Below, piece after piece: positions 47,989 through 58,830 of a DNA stretch of 64,000 nt. Position numbers and translations under genes: made by a program. Below the pieces are notes generated by a model. That model ran no database searches. It had not been told where the DNA came from and was given only the letters and a program-made list of their open reading frames with translations. The first letter of the stretch is position 1, and each line of letters opens with the position of its first letter. This stretch comes from Haplodiscus bocki. Its lineage: Eukaryota. Where the stretch lies: positions 4,154,001-4,218,000 of the forward strand of contig OZ296650.1 in assembly GCA_965655095.1 (NCBI GenBank), in the 5' to 3' direction.

Positions 47989-49065
47989 ATGGCACCATTG
48001 AGGAATAGGAGAAAATTAGCGGCAGTTTCGAGAGAAACACCAGAAAATCCAATGAAGAGTCAGTCACTAAACACACTTGATCCGGGAATGGCTCAAGAGT
48101 ACATCTCCCAGGTTTCCGGAGAAATTGAAGGGAGGGTCACCGAAGAACTTTTTGAAGAATTCAGCAGGACGGAGTCACGTATTTTCGGCTCTTTCTCTAA
48201 GCTTGATAAATTTCTTCTGAACCCACAAGTTCGGACTTGTTCCGTAGCTGTTCCGAGAATATCCAGGAACAACAACTCAGAAAACCAAGACCCCACTGGT
48301 GATCGTTCCCCAGTCAATTCCTGTCCCGAAGCGGTGTCCTCTGCCTGCTACCCTGGTTTCCTAAATGATTCAGAGCAGGACGAGGCTCATCACATGGTGA
48401 CAGTAGTTCAAGAAGAGATTCCCTACTGTTCCCGTGGAACCTCATCAGAAAAGCAAAAGAAGGGGCGCACTGCTAGTCAGCCAGAATTTCGCGATAAAAA
48501 CACGCCTGCGACAATTGAAGCAGACCAGTTTCTCTTAGCACTTCAACAATTGGTGACGATCAGTAATTCAGCCACTTTGGACAACAATATCAACAGAATC
48601 TCGAAATTGCCCAAATCCCTAACAATGACAATGCCCACCTTCGATGGGAAATCAGATATTTTCGAACTATTTGAAAGTCTGTTCCAAACAAGTTTGAAAT
48701 TTCACATTCAACTCACAGAAGAAGAAAAAACAAACTATTTTCACTCGCTCATGCGTGGTGATGCGCTACAAACATTCGAAAACATCACCAGCCTCAACAC
48801 AGTGAATTTAGGAGAAAGTCTTACTGTGTTCCGTAGAAAATACGTGAAACCTCAATCATTGGGTACAGCAAAACACATATTTCGACAACCGGTCTTCAAC
48901 TCTGCGAACCAGAAGTTAATAGATTTTCTACACGAACTCCCGAAACTAGCGAAAGATGAATTCGGAGTTGCCGCTCAGGCGATCATTGAGCAATTCATAT
49001 ATGCCCAAATGCCTTCCCACCTGAAGAAATCACTAAACAAGGCGCATTTGGTTAATGACACATAA
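47989..49065 (+). CDS. gag: Gypsy gag (358 aa open; premature stop, degraded continuation to ~49420)
   Basis: 'MPTFDGKSDIFELFESLFQTSLK…YFHSLMRGDALQTF…FRRKYVKP'; the first 135 codons lie inside the LTR. Confidence 0.85.
   Translation: MAPLRNRRKLAAVSRETPENPMKSQSLNTLDPGMAQEYISQVSGEIEGRVTEELFEEFSRTESRIFGSFSKLDKFLLNPQVRTCSVAVPRISRNNNSENQDPTGDRSPVNSCPEAVSSACYPGFLNDSEQDEAHHMVTVVQEEIPYCSRGTSSEKQKKGRTASQPEFRDKNTPATIEADQFLLALQQLVTISNSATLDNNINRISKLPKSLTMTMPTFDGKSDIFELFESLFQTSLKFHIQLTEEEKTNYFHSLMRGDALQTFENITSLNTVNLGESLTVFRRKYVKPQSLGTAKHIFRQPVFNSANQKLIDFLHELPKLAKDEFGVAAQAIIEQFIYAQMPSHLKKSLNKAHLVNDT
48395..48408 (+). promoter_or_regulatory. Primer-binding site (TGGTGACAG…)
   Basis: Directly follows the LTR-terminal CA; same motif at 57719 (+) and 52381-52394 (-); absent after the solo/3' LTR ends at 13116, 46213 and 49891. 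Confidence 0.8.
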
Positions 49066-49890
49066 GAACAGATTGTTTTACATCTTGATAGGGAATTGGA
49101 ATTGAATGGTTTGGAGGCTTCAGATGCGCTGCAGATAAATACTGTGACGCAATAAGCCACACAACAAAACCCAGAAAAACTAAAATCAAAATTCCACCGC
49201 CTTAAAAACCAAGTTACTATTGAAACCAACTCTGTCAACTCAAACGAGAGAAAGACCAAGCCCAAAACAACATGACTAGTGCCGGCAATAACATCAACAA
49301 AATTGGTGGTCAGACAAACTCTAATTCCAACAACAAATTTCCTGACAATACCAACGCAATCAATACAAACAATCAAAAAGACAGGAAACCTAGACCTGTC
49401 TACCTACCTTGTGAGACCGGTGGTATGATGGTATGAAGCCCTCACTACTGTTACATGGACTACTTTCTGCCTTTTTAGCCTTCAGAAAATATATGAAAGT
49501 GATTTTGTTGTCAATGCACTTGTTAGCAGGAATAATTATTTCTCAGTCAGCTATGGGGAGATATCGGAAAAACCCCCAACATTTTCAGCAATTCTCGCTT
49601 CCTCTTGAAAACATTGACATGTTGGAGAATTCGAGACAGAGCTTAAGCATTTTAGTGGAATGATAATTTTTATTCAGAAACAAGTAGAATCTCGTTGAAT
49701 TCCCCGAAAAATTTTCCTCCAACTTTTCTGCTTTTCTCTGCAGGTTCACTACCTGACGCATATTATCCACTTCCAACGTTTTCTGTTTTTTGAACAACTT
49801 TTGTCTTTGAACTCTGGTTTTGTGGAAATTTGTTTTGTTATAAAAAGTATTCGGCGAAAGCATAATTAAGTTTTTTCTGCAGTGAGCGTC

Positions 49891-52800
49891 TGTCGTGTGT
49901 CTCTTCCTGGCCAGAGTTTCCTGTCTTTTGGCTCTGAGTGGTGGTCGTTTTAGAATGAATATTACTCTTGTAGGCATCCTCATTCGTTCCCTGGTTAGTG
50001 CTGTATGCGTTTCGAGACGTCACTGGAGTGGTCTCGGAGTGACGCTGAATTAGCGGGTTGAGAAGAAAGTCGTCTGGACGGGCTAGTGCGCCTAAAATGC
50101 GATATTCCGTACCACTGAAATCCTGGGACAACTTCTTTATTACTCTACCCTCATATTTTTCAAAAAATTGAGTGATCTAGTCTTCTTGTGATTTGGGAGC
50201 ATGTGAGTTTTCTGCCTAGTTACACCTAGGATGCTCCCTATTAACGATAGCATAACAGTGCAAGCAATGATGGCAAGAATGCTGTGGTGGTTTTTGTTGC
50301 CATTGATGGTACTGTTATGCTATCGTGAATTAGAACAGCTGGAGATTTAACTCTCGTTTCGCTCGCAGCGCTTTTGACTTGCTTTGTCAGGTGGGGAAAA
50401 TGGAAGAGGCCATGTGTAGTGTCGATGACCATAATTTTGTCTCATGAAATGCAACCCTTTAATGCGCCCTATCAAATTCTTCATTAGGACGAAATGTTCT
50501 GGAAAAGGATGGTCTCCAGTTTAAAAATTAAGTGTGGTTGTTGTCACTGGTTTCTCTAATTGGCCATTTGCTACTTGATTTTCAAAGTAGGGATGATAGT
50601 CGTTTTTAGAGATATTGGCGGGGCTTGCTGTTTAATTTTGTCCAATTCACTCCAAGCAATTGCACTTACATAAGCTCCCGGGTCAACTAGGGCATGTATT
50701 GTTAAGCCGTTTTCGAAATCCAGAGGGACGTACAGCATTTCTGTCTTTCTCTCTAGAACAATTGTGGATGACAGTGGCATGTAAAGTTTGATCGTTGTTT
50801 CATCCCTCACGAGTCTCTATTCAATTTCCTAAGCTGTAATTTTAGGAGGTGGCATTTTGTCATCTCGACTGTGGTAGGCTGTTGTGTCGACTGTATTTCC
50901 TTGGATTTCAGGCTGGCTTTCCTGGGACTCATTGAGGCATTGTACTGGTGTGTTCCCAGATTGATTTCCTACGAGCGGTTCCGTCACGGATCCAGATACT
51001 CGGGGTGAGGTTTCTCTTAGTGGTGACGTTTGTGATTCCAAATATTCAACTCAGCCATGTCGGTACTTTTGTGAATTTTAGTGTTCGAGTTTTGATGAAT
51101 ATTAATCAAATAAGTCTCTTGAGGTTGCTGCCAGATGACCTCTGGGATTGTGAAAGTTTTGTAAAAGTAGTCTCCGGTCTGTCAATCGGAGCTCCAGAGT
51201 GAAGACGTGGCTTTCCTAGTTTTATTTTCGGGCTGTAGGTTGAACAAATCCATATGAATTCTTCTTATTGTCTCTTTGTGAGACCTGATTCTATCCTGCC
51301 GGTCTTCTATGCCGGGGAGGCGGTCTATTGGTTGCATTGGCTCCAAAGTAACATTACTGTGGAGTGTTTTGTTTTCGCACAGGTCTCGCAAGCTAGGTAA
51401 ACAGTTTTTGGCTTTCTTCTAGCTCTGGAACTGTTTCCGTAGTTGTTGTTGTTATTGTTGTTGGTGTTGTTGTTTGGGATGGTGTCATCAGCGGCACTGT
51501 TAATATTTCCAGGAATATTCTGAATATTTTCAGCCTGTTCTTTTTGCCTTTTCAGCGACACTGATTTCTGTAAGGTCCAGGTTCTTTACAAAGGTGGTAG
51601 GTTGCTTTGGGTCTGTCGGCACTTGTGTTTGTGGCATTTTTGCTCACAGCGTTTATTTGTAGCTCGTCAAGAGCTTACAAGCCGTTTAGCTCTAATTCGT
51701 TTTTTAGGTTTGTGGCAATGATTTCATACATGCCATCCTCCAAATGGGCCTGATATATTGATTTTTTTTAGGTGTGGTGGCATTTTGGCATATATGAATT
51801 GTTGGATGATCGCATGTGCGGCTATCCCGAATGCGTTTTTGTCCAGCTTTTGAAGTTCATCAAGAAAATCTATTAATTTTTGGTTTGCTAGATTGAAGAC
51901 AAGTTTCTGGAATTTGTGTTTCACTGTCACCATCGATCGTGGTTTTACGTACTTTCTACGGAAAATTGCTAGAATCGCTCCCAAGTTCTCTCGGGTTGGG
52001 CTGTTAATGTTTTTGAATCTTTGTAGGGCGTCTCCCCTCAGGAGAGAGTGGATCTAATTAATTCTGTCATCTTCAATAAGCTGGTTCTGAAGTTTGAGGT
52101 TTGTTTGGAAAGTCTTAAGACAGTTCAAACTTCTTGGATTTCTCTTCAAGCGTGGGCATCGTTGTGGTGAGAGACTTTGGCAACTTGAAAAAACTATTGA
52201 TTTCGTTTGGAAAATTTGCAGAATTGATGTTGTTTGCCGTTTGCTGAAAGCCCAACAAAATTTGGTCTGTTTTGATCTCGCAGGGGTTTTTTGACTGTAG
52301 AACTGCGGCTGACTGGTGGAGTCGTTTTCCTTCCGCTTGCCTGAAGAGGTACTGGAGGAACACTATGTGACTTCTTCGTCAACTCTTGTCACCATGTCGT
52401 GTGTCTTTTCCTGGCCAAAATTTCGTGTCATTTGGCTTTGAGAGATGCCCGCTTCAGAATAAGCATTACTCTGGGATGCCTCCTCATTTGTTTCCTGATT
52501 AGTGCCGTATGCGTTTAGGGAGGTCTCCGGAGTGGTTCCGGAGTGACACTGGAATAGCGGGTTCAGAAGGAAGTCATCTGGACGGGATAGCGCGGCCAAA
52601 ATGCGGCTTTCCATCTTATTGAACTCCTGGGACAGCTTTTTTTACTTACTCTACCCGCACATTTCTCGGAAAATTGAGTGACATAAACTTCTTGTGACTT
52701 GGCATCATGTGAGTTTTCTGCCTAGTTACTCTTGCGATGCTCCCCACAATTTTTTTTGTTCAGTGCTGCGAGTTCTCTTTTATTCCTCAGAGTTGCCTTT

Positions 52801-54101
52801 TCCTACGGAAAAAGCAATCATCAGCGATAATACTTGATTATCTTTTTGTTGAAGGAAAGTCAATTGGGTTTTTTAACAGTTTCGAAAAAAACTAGGAATT
52901 TATCTATACTGCGTATTTTTTTCAGTACTCAAAAATAAAAATAACACTTGTCTCATTAAAATAATTGCTGTGTTTTTTCCTTTCTCCTATTTATACATTT
53001 CCCCAGCGGGAAACATGAATGTTTACACGCCAAGTGAAGGTACAAATGGCGAAAAGTACTGTTATAAAGTGACAACTTCAAAGTGGTAATGCCGACTCTA
53101 GCGGGAGATAAACAACATTTCCATCCATCTCTTCCGTCTTAGGACGAACATCCTTCGACAGAAAATAGACGGACCTAATCCGTCAGATATGGATATCAAA
53201 GTGTCTATTCCCGCGCCGACATTTTGTTACAAACTAATAAAATATACTCCATAAATGGGAAAACTTTAGCAATTTTCTTAGTCAGGAAAATTAGAGAAAA
53301 AACAAAATGCAAGGCTTAAATATAAAAATAATACTACTGGAAGGGGAAAAGATTAAAAAAAATCATCACCCTCGCGCTCACTTCTTCGTTGTTTACAGCA
53401 GTTTGTCAGTCTTTAATTTTTAGAAATGAGGGGATACTAGTGGGACAACTAGTTTACTCCTCATTCATACGAGTAGCGATTAGTGGTTTCTGGATTATTC
53501 CGTTTTCATTAGTAGTGGTAGTGGTCTGTGCTTAAAGGGTGAGGTAATGCGGAATCACTCCGGATTCACCACAGCACTGCAGCACGACATAATTAGTATA
53601 GTATGAATGACGTCACCAGACTAGTAGCGACGGAACACGTACTGAACAAATTTACACTCCGAGAGTGAATACAATTTAAACCGGTTAATCTGCTTATAGC
53701 TTCAATCTATTTACAGTCTCAATTTCAACTGCACTTATTGCAATCAATCAATCAGTTGGATTTGATTGGTAGAAGAATTAACATTTAGTATTTAAAAAAT
53801 TGTATTAATATAAAAATAGCACCTTCTAGGTTATCAATAATGTGTGAAAACTCGCTTGTTCCGTTACGGTTCCGTCCTAATTCGGATCAGTTTGGTTCCG
53901 TATAAAGATGTGCCAATATATATGTAATTTTGTTATGGATACGTATTGGATACGTATCCGTATATATGCACAATAGTTATCAGTACGTATGATAGTTTAG
54001 AGTTTGATTGGAAGTAACTAACGTTTGAGCTTGTTCTGAGCATTAGGGTGTCTTTCGTATTGATAGGGGCTGGTTTCATGCCTCGCAGGTGTGCTGCGGC
54101 G
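49891..54101 (-). mobile_element. Internally deleted Gypsy element: 5' LTR 54101-52395, PBS, gag, protease, deletion, 3' LTR remnant 50238-49891
   Basis: Near-perfect TSD GCGTC (49886-49890) / GCGGC (54102-54106); gag 'FRRKYVKPRS', 'CETCAKTKHS'; protease 'ALVDPGAYVSAI'; RT, RNase H and integrase absent. Confidence 0.88.
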
Positions 54102-57100
54102 GCGGCCTAAAAATATTCACAAATTTTCACAAAGCAGTAGTGATTTTGTTTTCTCCTAATGGGTCAAATTTTTGATGTCCCATGTTTTTTGATCGGTTCT
54201 CGACAAAACAGAAATCAGTTTCTAGCGATTGTTGGTATTCCTGGTGGGAACAGTCAGGACTTAACCTACGGCTCCTGAAAACCTAAAGCTGCAACGCAAA
54301 ATGACTGTCTGCACAATCTTGATGGTTGGTGAAATTTTACTCGAACAGCAAAAAAGTGATTTTCCCGAAGATTAATTCTTGAAAATAAACCCATATTATA
54401 AACAGAAAAGGTAAGATTTAGAGCCTTTCTGGTCTTTTTAAACAAACATCTTCTTGTCTTGTGTCCCTGCCTGTTCCAAAACTGGTCGGCCCGCGGGAAT
54501 ACTGTCAGCCGCCCTTGTTATTATGGTTTGCTCATTTGAACGCCTAGCATGCCCATAAAAGACCAGGTGCGGGAATTCAAGTTGATCATGAAATCCAAAA
54601 TTCAAAATTGACTGAGTCCGAAGGCTTCCATTACAAAGTCAATCAGCGCTGGTTTTTGTTGAATTGAGAATGACATTTTTTCGTTTCTTTTTTATTTTTT
54701 TGTCCGAATTAATTTAAACAGTGAAACAGCGCTGTTCAGCTGATTTGCTCTGGGATTTCAAATGGGCGTTTATTCAGATATTTTTTGTTCTATGGGAAGG
54801 AATCGGTAACTCAAATAAAGCCTTACAGGAGACCTACTCTAGTAAAATATCAGAGGCAACTCCATAAATGCTCAATTTTTTTGTTAACTTTTTCGGGAGT
54901 CGGGGGATCTTATTCATGACACAATCAAATTTTTTCCAATGTTCGGTTAATTAAGGACCAGTCTAACCTAAAAACATAGTTAATGATGTAAAGACTTGAC
55001 TTCATATTTCAAACTGACAATTCCCAAGTTCCCACAATTTCCACCAGAGCAATTTTCTTGGTATCTCAAGGTTTCGGAATCTTGATAAAGTCTTCTGTCC
55101 GATTGTGAATCCTTAATTTTAATAGGGTGACTTTCCGGTGCAATCAATTGGAATCAAAATGATAAATTGCAGCCAAAATTTGAGCCCGATCGGTATACCT
55201 GTTGAAGAATAATCAGTGAATTATCAAGGCAACGCAACACTGATAGTTCAGAAATTATTGATTGTAATCATTGATTATGTTTACTATTGCTTGCATGAAA
55301 ATCACCAATGCTTCATCGATAATCAAGTGACCGTACATTGAGGTCTATTTAATGTAACCATAATTGTTCGATAACGAAATTGATGATTCATGAGTGTTTT
55401 CAGTGTTTCTTTTTCTACTACAAAGCCCAGTGCAATTCTGTGATGTTTCTACTGATCATGTCCGAGAAAACCGTTATTCCACAATCACCGGCAACAGTCT
55501 CCAGGAGCAACTGAATACTTTGAAGACAAAAAAACGTTAAATCAAAAGAAAACGGGTCTTTCAGCAAATAACTTGTCTGTCTGCTGTTCTGGTAGATTTT
55601 AGCAGGTTCATTAACGACAAGTGAAACCGAGGCATTTGTGCCGGCTATCACAAATACTTCGGTTTCACTTACGTTGGCATGTGTGAAAAAAGTCTTCAAC
55701 AAAATTTCGATTTTTTAAGGAATGTTTTGCGTTTTCTCCGACAACTTTTGAGTCCCTATTCAATGATTTGTTGCCGGATATTTTTTTCCATCATCACCGA
55801 ACTGTTAAATGCTAATGTCGTGAAATGCCGCCTGCGACGGGCAAGCGTACGGCATAACGTGTAGAAGTGCCCACAACGGAAATGATGGAAGGTATTTGCC
55901 CCTATTCGAAGACGGAAGCAACAACTAAAACCTTTGCATACTGTGTTATTTATTACGTACCATGAAAATATTATCTTATACTAATGTACATCAAAAGTAA
56001 ATCCATGCAACAGACGGAAACGGCAAGTTGAAGGCAAGCTTAATCTAAATATTGTACCGGGACGTAAATAATTGATTTTTGGCGCTACTTCATTCTCAAT
56101 GGCTATTCGCCCAGTATTATATTTTTTCATTCAATTATGGCAGTGCTTGATGCTCAAATTTAATCCGCGGTCAAAATAACTGGCGTTGACTGCTTTTTGA
56201 CCGCCGGCAACTAAAGGCTCACGACCTAACAAAAAAATTGAAGTCTCACACAGCAAACTAAGTGTTTGGAAGACTTTAAATGTGCTGTAATTAATCTCAT
56301 GAATACAACGAACGCATTCTAAGTGACAGAAGAAAAATTTTATAATAATCCCCCTATATGAAAGTAGACAAGCCCATTTATCACACATGTTCAATTTGTG
56401 ACAAATAACCATAAATTTGTGTTGTGCATGTATTCCATGAAATCCTACATAACTAAAATTCAATGAGACGAGACATTTAAGGAATGTTATACTGCCTAAA
56501 TGAAACCCTTTTGAGGTCCAAAGATTACGTATTGACTTATAATTTGTCATTATCGAGCTAATTTACAATTGACAACCGAAATAATTTCAATTACCAGCGT
56601 TTCACTTAACTACCCGGGCAGGCACCGATCATGTATCACAACTTGACCTAGACCAGAATATAGTCTCATAACGACACTAAAAATGTTCCAACACACTCCT
56701 TAGCTCTACAACTAGTTAACGAGACCATGTTGATGCTTTATTTCTTGATCACATGAGTTTCCCATGAAAAGTATTATGTTTTAGGAGAACCTTGTTTATG
56801 CATTACTGGTAATTTTACTTTGTTGCTATTTATAGTCTGCCGTCATAATATCGCGGTATTTTTTCTTTTCGCGTTTTTTACAAACATGATTGCGGTCTTG
56901 GTTGCAGTTGTGACGTCTTGCAACAACGTACCTTCAGAACGAACTGCAGGCCAAATGAAGAAACACGACCGTGAGTTGACATGAGAGGAGAAATCGTTCA
57001 AAAAAGTTATGAACCCAATGACAAGTCGCTTCGAAACTTTCAAAAAAGACTTTTTATTATTTTCTAACCTTAATTATTCACTGTTCATTTTGTATTAATT

Positions 57101-57139
57101 TGTTCAATTCTTTTGGTCAAGTCATTTGTTATCTTCAAT

Positions 57140-58830
57140 ATGATTTCTATTTGAAAGAAGAAACAACAAAACAAGAAGCTCTTCAGCCAGTTAGACGAAC
57201 GTGATGCTGTTTTAATGGTTGGACAAAGCAATCATGGACTTCAAGCAGAAAGTAGACTTAATATGGCGGACAGAGGTAATGCTTCAAACCATATGAATGA
57301 TCCCGTCCATATTAAAACTCCACAAGTGCATATGTAGACACTTGACGAAAAGGTTCATAGCAAAGTACGAAGTGAAGTGGACAGTGTGAAGACGAAAGTC
57401 GAAACTAGACTCCAGGATGCGGTATTGACTGCAATAGAAAATTTAGTGATTCCTAGAGTGGAATTGGCCATGAAATCAGCCAATGCGTTTTCAGGACGGA
57501 GTGTTGACTGTAATACCTTGGAACCTGACCCGAGGGATTTTTCGGTTAATATCGAAGGCCTACAAACGACCGTTTCAAGTAGAAAAAACTCACAAACAGA
57601 CTTAAATAGAATCGATGAAGCTCATGAGACTCATATTAATGCTATAATACTACTCTAGAGGGTGGTGACTTATCGGTCAACGAAATGAATATTGACTGGC
57701 ATCCACACACTCATCACATGGTGACAGGACAAAACTACCCGCAACAATTTGCTGAATTTTTTTCTGGGAATCTTACAGCTCAATGTGAGTCCATGCAACC
57801 ACAACACATGATCAGAGGTTTTCACGAGACAACATTTTACTTATAGTAAATGAGAACCACAAATGAACACCGACTGATCATAACCCTTCAATTAACAGAT
57901 TAGCTCACGTAATTGCCGGAGCTGCGTCCTAGCAAAGACCTGCAGCATCCACAATTTTAAAAGCAGCATCTACAAACACCTTGAATGTTTGATGGCGAAA
58001 ATGAAAAATTCGATTCATTTGAGGGTTTCTTCCATCCAAGTTCAAAATGCAAACGGATATGACGGAAGCAATGTAAATCAACCAATCTGATGAAATAGGC
58101 ATCAAAAACTTCTCGCAACATCAATGCTACTAACAAAAGAATTCTTGAAGACGTAGTCATATTATTTTGATGAAAATACGTCAAACTTGAATCACGAGCA
58201 ACTGCTAAACCCAATTGACAAAAGCTTATTTTTGACCGAAGACAAAATTAATTTCAGGCCTTTCAGATTAACTACACGAGTATGCAGAGCAAGCATTTTC
58301 CGATAACTTTCAACAAATGATCGACCCTTTTCTATACACCCCTTTACCAATTATTTTGAAAAAGTCAATTGATTTAGCATATCTCGGAAATGGTACATAC
58401 GACCAGATAGTCGCTCATCTCGAAAAAGAGATAGAACTTAGTGGCATGGAAAATAACGGAGAACTCCCCATACCTACTATGGCAGTCGCGGTAACGCGGG
58501 ACAATGAAAATGAAACTTAGTTGTCCAAAACATCCTGCTTTTCATGAAAAAAACTGGGCCATTTAATTAAAGAATGCTAAAAAAGAATACGGGAAGAACA
58601 AGAGCAAAAACAAGAACAGGACCAGAGAGAAGAAGGATTCAAGCCTGAGACATACACTCCCTGACCACGTTGTCAATGGACAAACCAGCCACCAGAAACG
58701 GTCCCAACGCCGCCAACAGACCACAAAAAATTGAACAACACGCACCTACCATTGACAATAAAGAAGGAACACAGAAGGCACCTCTACACAAGATAAACCA
58801 CAGTCAAAAATAAAAAACCCTTTTAACTAA
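57140..58830 (+). pseudogene. gag: Gypsy gag (starts inside the LTR)
   Basis: 'KKKQQNKKLFSQLDE…IPRVELAMKS…MFDGENEKFDSFE…AYLGNGTYDQIVAHLEKEIELSG'. Confidence 0.82.

Larger units (their letters stand above)
46700..49425 (+). mobile_element. 3'-truncated Gypsy element: 5' LTR (46700-48394), PBS and gag
   Basis: Starts TGTCGCA; TATA at 47792; LTR ends '…catcaca' at 48394, followed by TGGTGACAG; gag breaks off at the second zinc knuckle (~49410). Confidence 0.85.

Noticed and set aside
54110-56900. ORFs 55418-55702 and 56131-56550 as a host gene
   Set aside because: No motif or exon chain could be supported.
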